A stretch of 64,000 nt of DNA from an uncultured Candidatus Saccharibacteria bacterium (GCA_964626705.1 CAZVGL010000001.1:4441-68440), one strand, 5' to 3'; shown: positions 1-9,121, counted from the first letter of the stretch. Program-made: numbers and translations. The notes: generated from the letters alone by a model not told the origin.

Positions 1-345
1 AACAGAGTCTGCCACAGCTTCACCTAAGACTTTTATCTCTTTATGTAGCGGAGTGAAAAGCACAGCACGGATGTTATGCTCTCCTCTCGGTAATGGATCT
101 ATATGATGCACTTTATCAAACACCAAACTCACTAAGTTATCATTTATATACAAATGCACATGACCATCTTGCTTGCCTACTATAAAATTTTCAACTTCCA
201 TATTAATATCCCAGCCAGAGCCAGCCTCTACTGCACTTATCTTAATATCAGGTCTGCTTTTTACAACAGTGTTATAACCAAAATACCCAAGATACCCCAC
301 CACAATTATTATTAATACAAGGAAAACTAGATTTATTTTTTTCAT
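1..345 (-). CDS. hypothetical membrane-anchored protein, N-terminal part (gene runs off the window start)
   Basis: An ATG at 345 on the minus strand opens a frame reading MKKINLVFLVLIIIVVGYLGYF... (hydrophobic N-terminal helix) that stays open to position 1. It is absent from the ORF track because it is truncated. Confidence 0.4.
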   Translation of the reverse strand, partial: MKKINLVFLVLIIIVVGYLGYFGYNTVVKSRPDIKISAVEAGSGWDINMEVENFIVGKQDGHVHLYINDNLVSLVFDKVHHIDPLPRGEHNIRAVLFTPLHKEIKVLGEAVADSV

Positions 346-384
346 ATGCCTTATATTAACATGGTACAGCGTCAAACACACAAT

Positions 385-412
385 AAAACCCGCTTTTTTA
401 TAGCGGGTTTTA
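385..412. terminator. bidirectional rho-independent terminator
   Basis: Hairpin AAAACCCGC...GCGGGTTTT with an A-run on one side and a T-run on the other, between the convergent upstream gene and rpsT. Confidence 0.7.
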
Positions 413-673
413 TGCGACTTTATTTATAGATGCAACTAGGCGGGATTTCTTTCTTGCTGCTGTGTTTTTCTTTATGACACCTCTCTTTGCTGCTTTGTCT
501 ATTGCTTTATATGCTTTTGATAGAAGTGCCGTAGCTTCGTCTTTTTTCTTCTCTACAATAAGCTTTTTAATATCTTTAACTACCCCTCTCATTTCAGTGA
601 GTCGACGCACATTAAAGACACGCTTTCGCGCTGAATTTCGTATCGCCTTTTTTGCTGATGATGTTATTGCCAT
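410..673 (-). CDS. rpsT: 30S ribosomal protein S20
   Basis: The ORF-track protein contains MAITSSAKKAIRNSARKRVFNVRR...AARKKSRL, typical of S20. The likely true start is the internal Met at 673; the track ORF extends to 766. Confidence 0.85.
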   Translation of the reverse strand: MAITSSAKKAIRNSARKRVFNVRRLTEMRGVVKDIKKLIVEKKKDEATALLSKAYKAIDKAAKRGVIKKNTAARKKSRLVASINKVA

Positions 674-754
674 ATTTAATCTGCTAAAAGTAGCATAAAT
701 ACCTATAAAACGCAAGGTTTCGACACTTCCTACTTTATCCTTTATACTTAAGAT

Positions 755-1339
755 ATGATAGCTCAACTCAAAGGAGAGGTGGTTGAAATAAAGGGTGGTT
801 TTATAGTGCTTTCTGTTGGCGGAGTAGGCTACAAAGTCAGCACAACACTTGAAACTATCAAAAAAATAAACGAGGCTGATCTTGCAGAGATCGTCATAAA
901 AACATATCTTGCAGTACGTGAAACATCTTTAGATCTCTATGGGTTCTTAAGGAATGAGGAGCTTGAGTTCTTCGAAATGCTCCTATCAGTCTCTGGCATC
1001 GGTCCAAAGTCAGCAATAGGTATTTTAAATGTTGCTGATGTAGAAACACTAAAGACTGCTGTATCTACTGGAGAGAGCTCTTATCTTACAAAGGTTTCAG
1101 GTATCGGCAAAAAGAATGCGGAAAAGATTATCCTCGAACTCCGCGACAAACTCGGCGCGATAGAAACAAAAGAAGACAGTGCGACCATGAAAGAAGAGCT
1201 GGAGACTTTGGAAGCATTACAAACTCTTGGCTACTCCACACGTGACGCCCGTGAAGCAATGCAAAACATAAGCAAAGATGCAGACACACCAAGCAAAAGA
1301 ATAAAAGAAGCACTTAAAATACTCGGCGGACAAAAATAA
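755..1339 (+). CDS. ruvA: Holliday junction branch migration protein RuvA
   Basis: MIAQLKGEVVEIKGGFIVLSVGGVGYKV... N-terminal OB fold plus HhH motifs (GIGPKSA, GIGKKNAEKII); 194 aa. Confidence 0.9.
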   Translation: MIAQLKGEVVEIKGGFIVLSVGGVGYKVSTTLETIKKINEADLAEIVIKTYLAVRETSLDLYGFLRNEELEFFEMLLSVSGIGPKSAIGILNVADVETLKTAVSTGESSYLTKVSGIGKKNAEKIILELRDKLGAIETKEDSATMKEELETLEALQTLGYSTRDAREAMQNISKDADTPSKRIKEALKILGGQK

Positions 1340-1582
1340 TTAAAATTTATAAGTATCTTCTTGTTTTCGATCAATAGAAATAATATTTACTACCTTAGTT
1401 TCATCAACAGTAAAAATAATTCTAATTTCTCCTTTTCTAATGCGATACACGTTTGTATATCCTTTAAGTTTTTTATAATTTAAACCTTCAAAATCCTTAT
1501 TTATAATTTTAAAAACCAAATCGTCTATTTTTTCACGATCTTTTATAGAAATCTTTTTGAGAAATTTATCTATTTTATCCAT
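1340..1582 (-). CDS. type II toxin, RelE/ParE family
   Basis: 80 aa. C-terminal pattern KLKGYTNVYRIRKGEIRIIFTVDETKVVNIISIDRK matches the RelE/ParE fold. It overlaps the upstream antitoxin gene by 8 nt. Confidence 0.7.
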   Translation of the reverse strand: MDKIDKFLKKISIKDREKIDDLVFKIINKDFEGLNYKKLKGYTNVYRIRKGEIRIIFTVDETKVVNIISIDRKQEDTYKF

Positions 1583-1817
1583 TAAGATCTCTTAGCCGTT
1601 TTAGTAAATCCTTTGCAGGAATACCCTTTTTATTAAATTTTGTGAAGTCGGCGACTGTTTCCCACACTCCCTCATCTCCCAGATCATCAATAGGTGTAAT
1701 CTTAAAAATAGGTTTTGACCTACGAACAACAACGAAAGACTTCCCTTTTTTAACTTGAGATATATAGTTTTCAGTATTCCCTCTTAGCTCCTTTAGCCCT
1801 ATGATTGAATTTTTCAT
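1575..1817 (-). CDS. type II antitoxin, Phd/YefM family
   Basis: 80 aa. N-terminus MKNSIIGLKELRGNTENYISQVKKGKSFVVVRRSKPIFKI is the Phd/YefM signature. It sits immediately upstream of and overlaps the toxin gene. Confidence 0.7.
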   Translation of the reverse strand: MKNSIIGLKELRGNTENYISQVKKGKSFVVVRRSKPIFKITPIDDLGDEGVWETVADFTKFNKKGIPAKDLLKRLRDLNG

Positions 1818-1829
1818 AACACCCTAAGT

Positions 1830-1843
1830 TTATCTTAAGATAA
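1830..1843. promoter_or_regulatory. perfect 14-bp palindrome TTATCTTAAGATAA, candidate TA operator
   Basis: Perfect palindrome located 13-26 nt upstream of the antitoxin start codon (1817, minus strand). Confidence 0.4.
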
Positions 1844-1850
1844 CCTTTAT

Positions 1851-1887
1851 GTCAAACAAAAAGAGGCAGATAACATTACCTGCCTCT
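1851..1887 (-). terminator. rho-independent terminator for the 1904..2296 gene
   Basis: Minus strand reads AGAGGCAGGTAATGTTATCTGCCTCTTTTTGTTTG: a stem-loop followed by a T-run. Confidence 0.5.
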
Positions 1888-1903
1888 AAACATAAATACT
1901 AAA

Positions 1904-2296
1904 TTAAGTCTCTTCCAGCTTTGGTATAAAGATTTCTCTCCACCATTTTTTTTGTTCCATAGAAAAGATTAGATCCTCTAAACTTTTACTTACAAGCAAA
2001 TAAATATCGTTCATATAAATCGTTCCAGCCTTATAATCACTTATCACACCCACAGCTGTGCACGTGCCCCATCTTTGATACTGAATCCAGTACAAAGTCT
2101 GCATAATTTTGGCGCCGTCTCGCACCATTATTATGCAGGGTGACTCATTACTACTAAATGGTAATGAAAGATATGGTTTGAGATCTTGATATTCATGAAT
2201 TTTATATCTTTGCACATAACTACATAGTTTTTTTATTAGAATTGCTCTGTCAAACTCTATCCCTTCTTGGATATACACATGTATATCTTTTTTCAT
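1904..2296 (-). CDS. hypothetical protein
   Basis: 130-aa ORF with coding-like composition, forming a two-gene operon with 2315..2758. No family recognised. Confidence 0.5.
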   Translation of the reverse strand: MKKDIHVYIQEGIEFDRAILIKKLCSYVQRYKIHEYQDLKPYLSLPFSSNESPCIIMVRDGAKIMQTLYWIQYQRWGTCTAVGVISDYKAGTIYMNDIYLLVSKSLEDLIFSMEQKKWWREIFIPKLEET

Positions 2297-2314
2297 CTTC
2301 TTTTCTCCTTTCTA

Positions 2315-2758
2315 TTAATTTCTATGTTCTTTCGCAATAATCATGTATGCTAGTATTTTTTCCAATACACCATCTTCACAACTACAACAACCAGGAGTTT
2401 CTAGTAAGGCTTTGATTTCTTTATCACTCTCAAGAAAATCAGAAATATCTTCATTGAAAGATACTGAGCCAGTAAGATAATGTATTGATATTTTTTTACC
2501 AAACCTATCCAATAACAAACTTATCTTGTAATCAATAGAGCATCCGCAACTTATAAACCACACTCGCCTTCCGTTTTTATTTTTTTGCTCTAGTTCCCCT
2601 ATTATTTCTTCCAGAGGAAGAAGGTTATCTTCTGCACCAGGACGAGACTTTCTGACCTCAATCGTGTCTGCATAAACAAATACATCTTTTTTTAAGGTTT
2701 TAAAATCATAAATTTTATCCTCTTTGTGTGGATTATGTATAACTTGTATTTTGGCCAT
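2315..2758 (-). CDS. hypothetical protein with Cys motifs (SCGCS, GCCSC)
   Basis: 147-aa ORF located 18 nt upstream of the next gene. No family recognised. Confidence 0.5.
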   Translation of the reverse strand: MAKIQVIHNPHKEDKIYDFKTLKKDVFVYADTIEVRKSRPGAEDNLLPLEEIIGELEQKNKNGRRVWFISCGCSIDYKISLLLDRFGKKISIHYLTGSVSFNEDISDFLESDKEIKALLETPGCCSCEDGVLEKILAYMIIAKEHRN

Positions 2759-2820
2759 TTCTCCTTCTCCTTTATATTAATTTCAATATTCTTTATATTC
2801 TACCTATATTATACACTTGT

Positions 2821-2850
2821 TTGATAGAATGTCAAACAAAATAGTATAAT
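2821..2850 (+). promoter_or_regulatory. sigma70-like promoter (TTGATA-N18-TATAAT)
   Basis: TTGATA gaatgtcaaacaaaatag TATAAT lies about 100 nt upstream of the Lrp-like gene. Confidence 0.45.
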
Positions 2851-2949
2851 TTCTTTATGTTTTGTCTGAAAAGATACTATATTGTATAAAATATAAAAAA
2901 ATAGTAGTATTAAATTATACTTTAATACACCCTTTTAACGACATGAGAT

Positions 2950-3984
2950 ATGAAAAAAGAGCTATCAGAATTAGACAAAAAAATACTCTACGAACTTGAC
3001 CAAGAAGGTCGCGAAAGCTTTGCCAGAATTGCCAAGACAATAGGCACCACCACACAAGTGGTTAAATATCATTACGATAAACTTATTGATAGCGGGGTTA
3101 TCAAGCACTTTTGGGCATTTGTTGACTATGATAAAGCAGGATATTCATTTTTCTGGGGATATTGGCTAAAATTCAGCGGACTCACAAAAGAAGCCGAAGA
3201 AGAAATGTATGCTGACTTCAAAACAAACGGGCATATACCCATAGTCATGCGTTGTGATGGATATGCTGATGCATTGCTAGGAATAATAGGTAAAGATATA
3301 TCTCATCATAATAAAGTCTTGGAGGACGTGTTCGCTAAGTATGGAAAATATATAACAATGAGCGACATTGTCGTTGGACTTGGCTTTATTAAGTTTCCAC
3401 GCTCATACTTGATTGGAAAAGAAAATAAAGTTGGCTCTTTTGTTGTTTCAGGTAGCACAGAAAAGATAAAAAATCTTTCCGAAGTAGATAAAAAGATAAT
3501 ATCTCTCTTGCAAGAAGACGGGAGGATGGATTTTACCCAAATCGCAAAGATTTTAGGAGTATCTGTAGGATTAGTACACAAACATTATTATAATCTAGTA
3601 GAAAAAGGTGTTATCACTAAAATCACATACACTCTTGATTATGAAAAAATCGGAATGGTTTTTTATAGAGTACTTTTCAAAATAATTCAGTATAATAAAG
3701 AAGAAATAGACCGTTTATACAAATTTTGTGAACTACATCCAAATATAATAAACTATGTTAAAGTTATGGGTGATTGGCAGTTAATACTTGATGTAGAAAT
3801 AGAAAGTCGTGACAAACTAAGAGACATGCTGAGGCAGATTAAAAACGATTTTAGAAGCATTGTTTATCAAATAGAAATTAACGAGATATACAAAATAGAT
3901 AAATTTACACAAATGGCTGTGGAGTATCCCGAACTAGGAAAACCCAAGCAACATACTTATCCAATACCAAACATAGAAAAATAA
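2950..3984 (+). CDS. Lrp/AsnC-family transcriptional regulator with tandem duplicated HTH plus AsnC-type domains
   Basis: Two internal repeats: LDKKILYELDQEGRESFARIAKTIGTTTQVVKYHYDKLIDSGVIK and VDKKIISLLQEDGRMDFTQIAKILGVSVGLVHKHYYNLVEKGVITK. Confidence 0.75.
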   Translation: MKKELSELDKKILYELDQEGRESFARIAKTIGTTTQVVKYHYDKLIDSGVIKHFWAFVDYDKAGYSFFWGYWLKFSGLTKEAEEEMYADFKTNGHIPIVMRCDGYADALLGIIGKDISHHNKVLEDVFAKYGKYITMSDIVVGLGFIKFPRSYLIGKENKVGSFVVSGSTEKIKNLSEVDKKIISLLQEDGRMDFTQIAKILGVSVGLVHKHYYNLVEKGVITKITYTLDYEKIGMVFYRVLFKIIQYNKEEIDRLYKFCELHPNIINYVKVMGDWQLILDVEIESRDKLRDMLRQIKNDFRSIVYQIEINEIYKIDKFTQMAVEYPELGKPKQHTYPIPNIEK

Positions 3985-3985
3985 C

Positions 3986-5254
3986 ATGGAAACTATACTA
4001 AACATAGGGAGGAAAATAATACCAAAGAGTGTTTTTAAAACAGCACAGCCTGTGTACCATTTTTTGCTTGCTTTAGCTGGTGCAATATATTATAAATTCC
4101 CTTCTAGAAAGGTTTTTGTTATAGCTGTGACTGGCACAAAAGGAAAGACAAGCGTAACAGAAATGATAAACGAAATATTAAGAGAAGCTGGTCACAAGAC
4201 AGCACTTCTAAATACTATTCATTTCAAGATCGGGGACAAAGAAGAAAGAAATTTATTTAAGATGACAATGCCAGGGCGGTTTTTCATACAGCGTTTTATA
4301 AGAGAAGCAGTAGATGCAAAATGTAAATATGTAGTAATGGAGATGACATCAGAAGGTGTAAAACAGTTCAGACACAAGTTTATAGCACTCGATGCGCTTA
4401 TATTTACAAACATAGCACCTGAGCACATAGAGTCACACGGTTCGTTTGAAAACTATTTAAATGCAAAATTAGAGATAGCACATGCTCTTGAGAGCTCTCC
4501 AAAGAAAAACAAAACTGTAATAGCAAACAATGACGACGAATACGGTGGGAAGTTTTTAAATATTAATGTACAAAATAAAATACCATTATCTCTTAAGAAT
4601 GCGGAGCCGTATATGCTATCTGAGAAGTTTACCGAAGTAACATTTGACGGAATAAAAATGCACTTAAAGCTTGTCGGGGAATTCAATATATACAACACAC
4701 TTTCCGCCATGTCTTTTGCAAAAAGCCAAGGTATAGACATATTAACAACACGTACTGCAATTGAAAAATTTATTGGTGCCAAAGGAAGAGTTGAGAGAGT
4801 GGAAGAAGGGCAAAACTTCACAGTGATAGTAGACTACGCACATACAAAAGAATCCCTAGAGGAACTATACAAAACATTTGATAAGTCTGACAAAGTTTGT
4901 GTATTAGGGAACACTGGTGGCGGTAGAGATAAATGGAAACGTCCAGAGATGGCAAGTATTGCGGAAAAGTATTGTAAGCATATTATCCTCACAAATGAAG
5001 ACCCTTATGACGAAGACCCTATGCAAATATTAAAAGAAATGGCGATAGGAATAAAAGACAAGAAGCCAGAAATAATACTAGACAGGAGGAAAGCTATAAA
5101 AAAAGCATTCACATTAGCTAAAGAAAACGATATAGTATTAATAACAGGAAAAGGTACGGACCCTTATATAATGGAAGCAAAAAGAAAGAAGACACCTTGG
5201 AGTGACGTAGAGGTGGCGCGTGAAGAATTAAATAAATACATTTTTAAATCTTAA
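3986..5254 (+). CDS. Mur ligase family protein (MurE/MurT-like ATP-dependent amide ligase)
   Basis: P-loop VTGTKGKTS followed by a Mur ligase central and C-terminal domain pattern; 422 aa. Exact substrate is not resolvable from sequence. Confidence 0.7.
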   Translation: METILNIGRKIIPKSVFKTAQPVYHFLLALAGAIYYKFPSRKVFVIAVTGTKGKTSVTEMINEILREAGHKTALLNTIHFKIGDKEERNLFKMTMPGRFFIQRFIREAVDAKCKYVVMEMTSEGVKQFRHKFIALDALIFTNIAPEHIESHGSFENYLNAKLEIAHALESSPKKNKTVIANNDDEYGGKFLNINVQNKIPLSLKNAEPYMLSEKFTEVTFDGIKMHLKLVGEFNIYNTLSAMSFAKSQGIDILTTRTAIEKFIGAKGRVERVEEGQNFTVIVDYAHTKESLEELYKTFDKSDKVCVLGNTGGGRDKWKRPEMASIAEKYCKHIILTNEDPYDEDPMQILKEMAIGIKDKKPEIILDRRKAIKKAFTLAKENDIVLITGKGTDPYIMEAKRKKTPWSDVEVAREELNKYIFKS

Positions 5255-5267
5255 ATATAATAAAATC

Positions 5268-6215
5268 ATGGGAGCAAAATCAGACTTAATATTTGTAATA
5301 CTTGTTATCGTAGCACTCGGTTTTGTGTGGGTGTTTACTGGAGGGCCTGAGCGTGCTCGCAACCAAGGAGTTTTTATAAAACCACCTGCTCCACTTGATT
5401 CTGGAGAAACATACGGAAAAATAAACGTGGTAAGATCTTCTGTTAATGTGGATCTTGACGGAAGTGGGAATGGAGGTGTACAAGTTGGTACGTCTGACGG
5501 AAACGGAAACAGTGGTGCTGAAGTTAATCCAAGCTCTTCAGAATTTGAAAACAAGGTAAGTATTAAAAGTAGCTCGACAGGACCTAGGAAAAGCTCTCCT
5601 TTGGAAGAATATATCACTTTGTCTGCATCAAGCAGGAACAATGAAAAGATTTCAATAACAGGATGGAAACTTGAAAGTATAATCTCAAAGAAACAAGCTA
5701 CAATAGGTGGCGCAACTGAAGTATATATATCAGGATTGGTAAACTCTGAACCTACACTCAAACTAGCACCAGGTGAAACCGTAATAATATCGACAGGGCT
5801 CTCTCCTATCGGTGCATCTTTTAAAGTCAACAAATGTAGTGGTTACCAAGAACAGTTCCAAGACTTCTTCCCCAAATTATCCAAAAAGTGCCCCTACCCA
5901 GACGACGAGTTTGACGATATCGCTTTAAGTATCCCCTCAACAGACAATAAATGCGAAGATTTTGTAGACAGTATTAGCAGATGTGAGATGGAGCTTACAG
6001 CCTTCCCTGCCGGCGTATCAAGTCAGTGTACTGAATTTGTTTCAAACACTATAAACTATTCAGGTTGTGTTAAAAACCATAGAGATGACCTAAACTTTTT
6101 TACAAAAGAGTGGAGAGTCTTTCTAAAGAAAGATAGTGAACTCTGGAGAGCAAAACGCGAAACCATAAGACTTATAGATAACGACGGCAAAGTCGTTGAT
6201 ACGTATACGTATTAA
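5268..6215 (+). CDS. secreted, membrane-anchored protein with a lamin-tail-domain-like segment
   Basis: N-terminal TM helix. Segment EEYITLSASS...ISITGWKLES...LKLAPGETVIISTG resembles the LTD pattern. C-terminal half is Cys-rich. Confidence 0.5.
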   Translation: MGAKSDLIFVILVIVALGFVWVFTGGPERARNQGVFIKPPAPLDSGETYGKINVVRSSVNVDLDGSGNGGVQVGTSDGNGNSGAEVNPSSSEFENKVSIKSSSTGPRKSSPLEEYITLSASSRNNEKISITGWKLESIISKKQATIGGATEVYISGLVNSEPTLKLAPGETVIISTGLSPIGASFKVNKCSGYQEQFQDFFPKLSKKCPYPDDEFDDIALSIPSTDNKCEDFVDSISRCEMELTAFPAGVSSQCTEFVSNTINYSGCVKNHRDDLNFFTKEWRVFLKKDSELWRAKRETIRLIDNDGKVVDTYTY

Positions 6216-6685
6216 ATATTTAATACTCTAAACAAAAACACTCCTGCCGTCACAGACACGTTGAGTGATTCTTTTTTGCCTAACATTTTTATTTGTGAGA
6301 TTTGATCACTTTTTTCTAAAATAGATTTGGAAAGCCCCTTCACTTCGTTTCCAAAAATAAACGCTGTAGAAGAATTTATTTTTACTTTTTTATAATCAAC
6401 TGCATCATTAGCTTGCTCAACTGCTACGATTGCAGTTTTTTCTTTCTTCAATTTATTTATTACAGGATTAACTGTTTTAAAATGCTCCCATTCTATATTT
6501 TTCTGTGCACCAAGTGCAGTTTTTGCAATATCGCTTCGCTCTCGTCCAAACCGATCAACTGGTGTAGGAGTATAGCCAGTAAGATATATTTTAGAAATAC
6601 CAGCAGCGTCAGCAGTCCTAAAAATAGAGCCCACGTTCTGCACGCTTCTTATATTGTGGAGTATTATGTATGTTTTATTATCCAT
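6212..6685 (-). CDS. SpoU/TrmH-class RNA 2'-O-methyltransferase (SPOUT)
   Basis: Motifs NVGSIFRTADAAGI, GNEVKGLS and SLNVSVTAGVFLF; 157 aa. Confidence 0.8.
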   Translation of the reverse strand: MDNKTYIILHNIRSVQNVGSIFRTADAAGISKIYLTGYTPTPVDRFGRERSDIAKTALGAQKNIEWEHFKTVNPVINKLKKEKTAIVAVEQANDAVDYKKVKINSSTAFIFGNEVKGLSKSILEKSDQISQIKMLGKKESLNVSVTAGVFLFRVLNI

Positions 6686-6730
6686 AAACCAATATTACAC
6701 TCATAAATAAAAAATGCTACAATATTATTA

Positions 6731-7144
6731 ATGTTAAATATATTCCCAGACTTATTGTTTTTACAACTTCTCGCGCCATTCTTATTACGTGTTGCAGTAG
6801 GTGCTATGCTCTTTTGGATAGGATATTCTTATATATTTAAAGATAGAGTTGCAACAATAACACAGCTTAAAACAAAATTTCCAAGACTAGCATCTTTTGC
6901 TGTGTGGTCTGGTGGAATAATAGAGATGGTCGCTGGAATATTTCTAGTAGCAGGGCTTTTCACACAAGGTGTTGCAATAGCTGGAGCACTCATTGCAATA
7001 GACGCACTATTCGCAAAGATTTTATACAGAGACTTAGATAAAGTAGTTAAGTACAGCAAGATGTTTTATATCTTAGTACTTATAATATCTCTATCACTCA
7101 TATTCTCCGGCGCCGGAGCCTTTGCAATTGATTTACCGTTATAG
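6731..7144 (+). CDS. DoxX family membrane protein
   Basis: 137 aa with 4 TM helices and DoxX-like conservation (LLRVAVGAMLFWIGYSY...). Confidence 0.75.
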   Translation: MLNIFPDLLFLQLLAPFLLRVAVGAMLFWIGYSYIFKDRVATITQLKTKFPRLASFAVWSGGIIEMVAGIFLVAGLFTQGVAIAGALIAIDALFAKILYRDLDKVVKYSKMFYILVLIISLSLIFSGAGAFAIDLPL

Positions 7145-7206
7145 AAAAATCACCCGCAACAACGTTAGTTGTGCGAGTGATGTTGATACATATTTTTGAG
7201 TCAGAG

Positions 7207-7692
7207 TCAGATAGTCATTTCTCTTATCTTTTTAATTATAAGACTTGCAGACACCTCTTCTTTAGTATAACGAGGAAAAATATTTATATTCGTTCTATAT
7301 GAATATTTTTTTATGGTATTACTCCACCGTTCAATTTTGTCTGCAACCACACCTCCTCCAAAAACAACACTGTCGGGCTGTAATAGACTTATGGTTTCAT
7401 GCCCATTAGGATTTATACATGCTATAAATACATAATCAACAACTATCATACTTGCAAGCATTACAGCTCTCTGTTTTTCATTTATGATTGGTCGTCCTGA
7501 TTTTTTATACCCTCGTATATTCTCATCAGAAAGAACTGCCACCACTAGCAGATCTTCAAGACTACTGGCGTATTCAAGAAGGTGAACATGTCCTACATGA
7601 AGAAGGTCGAAACACCCTCCAACCAGAGTAAATGTTTTATTCTTTGGTATAATCTTTTTTAGATCACCAACATTTTCAATAATTTTTTTCAC
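7207..7692 (-). CDS. cytidylyl/adenylyltransferase-like nucleotidyltransferase (RfaE domain II / TagD-like)
   Basis: GGCFDLLHVGHVHLL is the (H/T)xGH nucleotidyltransferase motif. ...VLSDENIRGYKKSGRPII resembles RfaE-II/TagD. Confidence 0.7.
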   Translation of the reverse strand: MKKIIENVGDLKKIIPKNKTFTLVGGCFDLLHVGHVHLLEYASSLEDLLVVAVLSDENIRGYKKSGRPIINEKQRAVMLASMIVVDYVFIACINPNGHETISLLQPDSVVFGGGVVADKIERWSNTIKKYSYRTNINIFPRYTKEEVSASLIIKKIREMTI

Positions 7693-7737
7693 AACTACCT
7701 CCTAGTAAAAATTATTTTATAATACTATAATCTAACT

Positions 7738-8211
7738 ATGCTAAAAAAATATACAGACAAGGAGTATGCTAATATGCTTCCAAAGAAACAAGTAGGAACT
7801 GCTGTTTTGTTTTTTAATACAAAAGGAGAACTACTTATACTCAAACCTAACTATAAAGATGGGTGGTTGATACCCGGAGGATCAACAGATGAAAATGAAT
7901 CACCACTACACTGTGCTATCCGAGAAACCAAAGAAGAAACAGGTCTTGACATCCAAGAGTTAAAATTAGTCGGTATATATTACGCTCAAAAAAAGGGATA
8001 TTTTTCAGATTCACTAAAATTCCTTTTCAATGGCGGTGTATTAACCGATAAACAAATTTCTGAAATACAATTAGCAGCTGACGAACTAGAAGAATTTACC
8101 TTTTTTTCAAAAGAAAAAGCGATACCTATTTTGTCTAATAGCTTGCAAAAAAGTGTGCCCCAATGTATCGAAGCAATCAAAAATAAGACTACCGCGTATA
8201 TAGAAAACTAA
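7738..8211 (+). CDS. NUDIX hydrolase
   Basis: Nudix box GGSTDENESPLHCAIRETKEETGL. Confidence 0.85.
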   Translation: MLKKYTDKEYANMLPKKQVGTAVLFFNTKGELLILKPNYKDGWLIPGGSTDENESPLHCAIRETKEETGLDIQELKLVGIYYAQKKGYFSDSLKFLFNGGVLTDKQISEIQLAADELEEFTFFSKEKAIPILSNSLQKSVPQCIEAIKNKTTAYIEN

Positions 8212-8212
8212 C

Positions 8213-8782
8213 CTAATTACCTTCTTCTCTAACAAAATCCTTGGACCATGGAAAACAATAGTTTCCTGCTGGAAGTATTGAGAAATCAGACTCTACATTT
8301 GAAACAAAAGTAAGTGTTGCAACCCTAACTTCTGAAACAAAGCGTTCCTGAAAATACCTTACTGCAACAGCTAATGTTGCACCAGTATGGACCGAATCAT
8401 CAACAATAAGAATTTTCTTACCAGAAATATCAAAATCAAGATTTATTGAAACCACAGGTTTAACTGTATGAAAAAGATAGTGGTGATATACACTCATTAT
8501 CCATCTCAAAGGTATTGGATCTCTGTTGTACATACGTCCAATGTTAATATCTCTACGAATAGTGATATGTTTAACTGGAACACCTAAATCCTTAGCGACA
8601 AGATCTCCAGGCACAGAGCCTCCGGTATCAATAGCAATCACCAAATCTGGCGTATACACCTTCTCTACTTCTCTAGCTAGGCTAGTACAATAAATTACTA
8701 CCTTTTCTTCAGAGATTCTTTTCCGAGCTTTATCAGCAAACATATCTTGCAATGCATTTATTATCTTAGAGATTTTCACCAC
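8213..8782 (-). CDS. phosphoribosyltransferase (type I PRTase fold)
   Basis: PRPP-binding motif KILIVDDSVHTGATL. Confidence 0.7.
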   Translation of the reverse strand: MVKISKIINALQDMFADKARKRISEEKVVIYCTSLAREVEKVYTPDLVIAIDTGGSVPGDLVAKDLGVPVKHITIRRDINIGRMYNRDPIPLRWIMSVYHHYLFHTVKPVVSINLDFDISGKKILIVDDSVHTGATLAVAVRYFQERFVSEVRVATLTFVSNVESDFSILPAGNYCFPWSKDFVREEGN

Positions 8783-8994
8783 TTCCTCCTATTTTTTTTG
8801 AAAGAACAAGATTAATCAACTTTTAATTAACTTTTTTAATATAACACATAATTTACTTTCTGTAAACTTACTGATTGTTAACCGGTAGGAATTTTGATCC
8901 TTACAGGATCAGTACAGTTTTCGCATCGTACTCGCTAAAAGCTCCGTGCGACACACTCAAACTTTTCAAATCCTACACAAGAGCTTTGCTCTTT

Positions 8995-9056
8995 CGGGCG
9001 GACAGCATAATAAAAAACTCCCTACTTAGGGAGTTTTTTATTATGCTGTCCGCCCG
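8995..9056. terminator. 28-bp perfect inverted repeat hairpin (terminator) downstream of tRNA-Lys
   Basis: cgggcggacagcataataaaaaactccc tactta gggagttttttattatgctgtccgcccg. The right arm overlaps the last 8 nt of the tRNA (3' acceptor strand plus discriminator). Confidence 0.6.
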
Positions 9057-9121
9057 GTAGGATTTGAACCTACGACATTCTCCTTAAAAGGGAGCTGCTC
9101 TACCAACTGAGCTACGGGCGG
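9049..9121 (-). tRNA. tRNA-Lys (anticodon TTT)
   Basis: Reverse complement folds into a cloverleaf: acceptor CCGCCCG/CGGGCGG, D-arm GCTCAGTTGGTAGAGC, anticodon loop CTTTTAA, T-arm GTAGGTTCAAATCCTAC. No encoded CCA. Confidence 0.85.
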
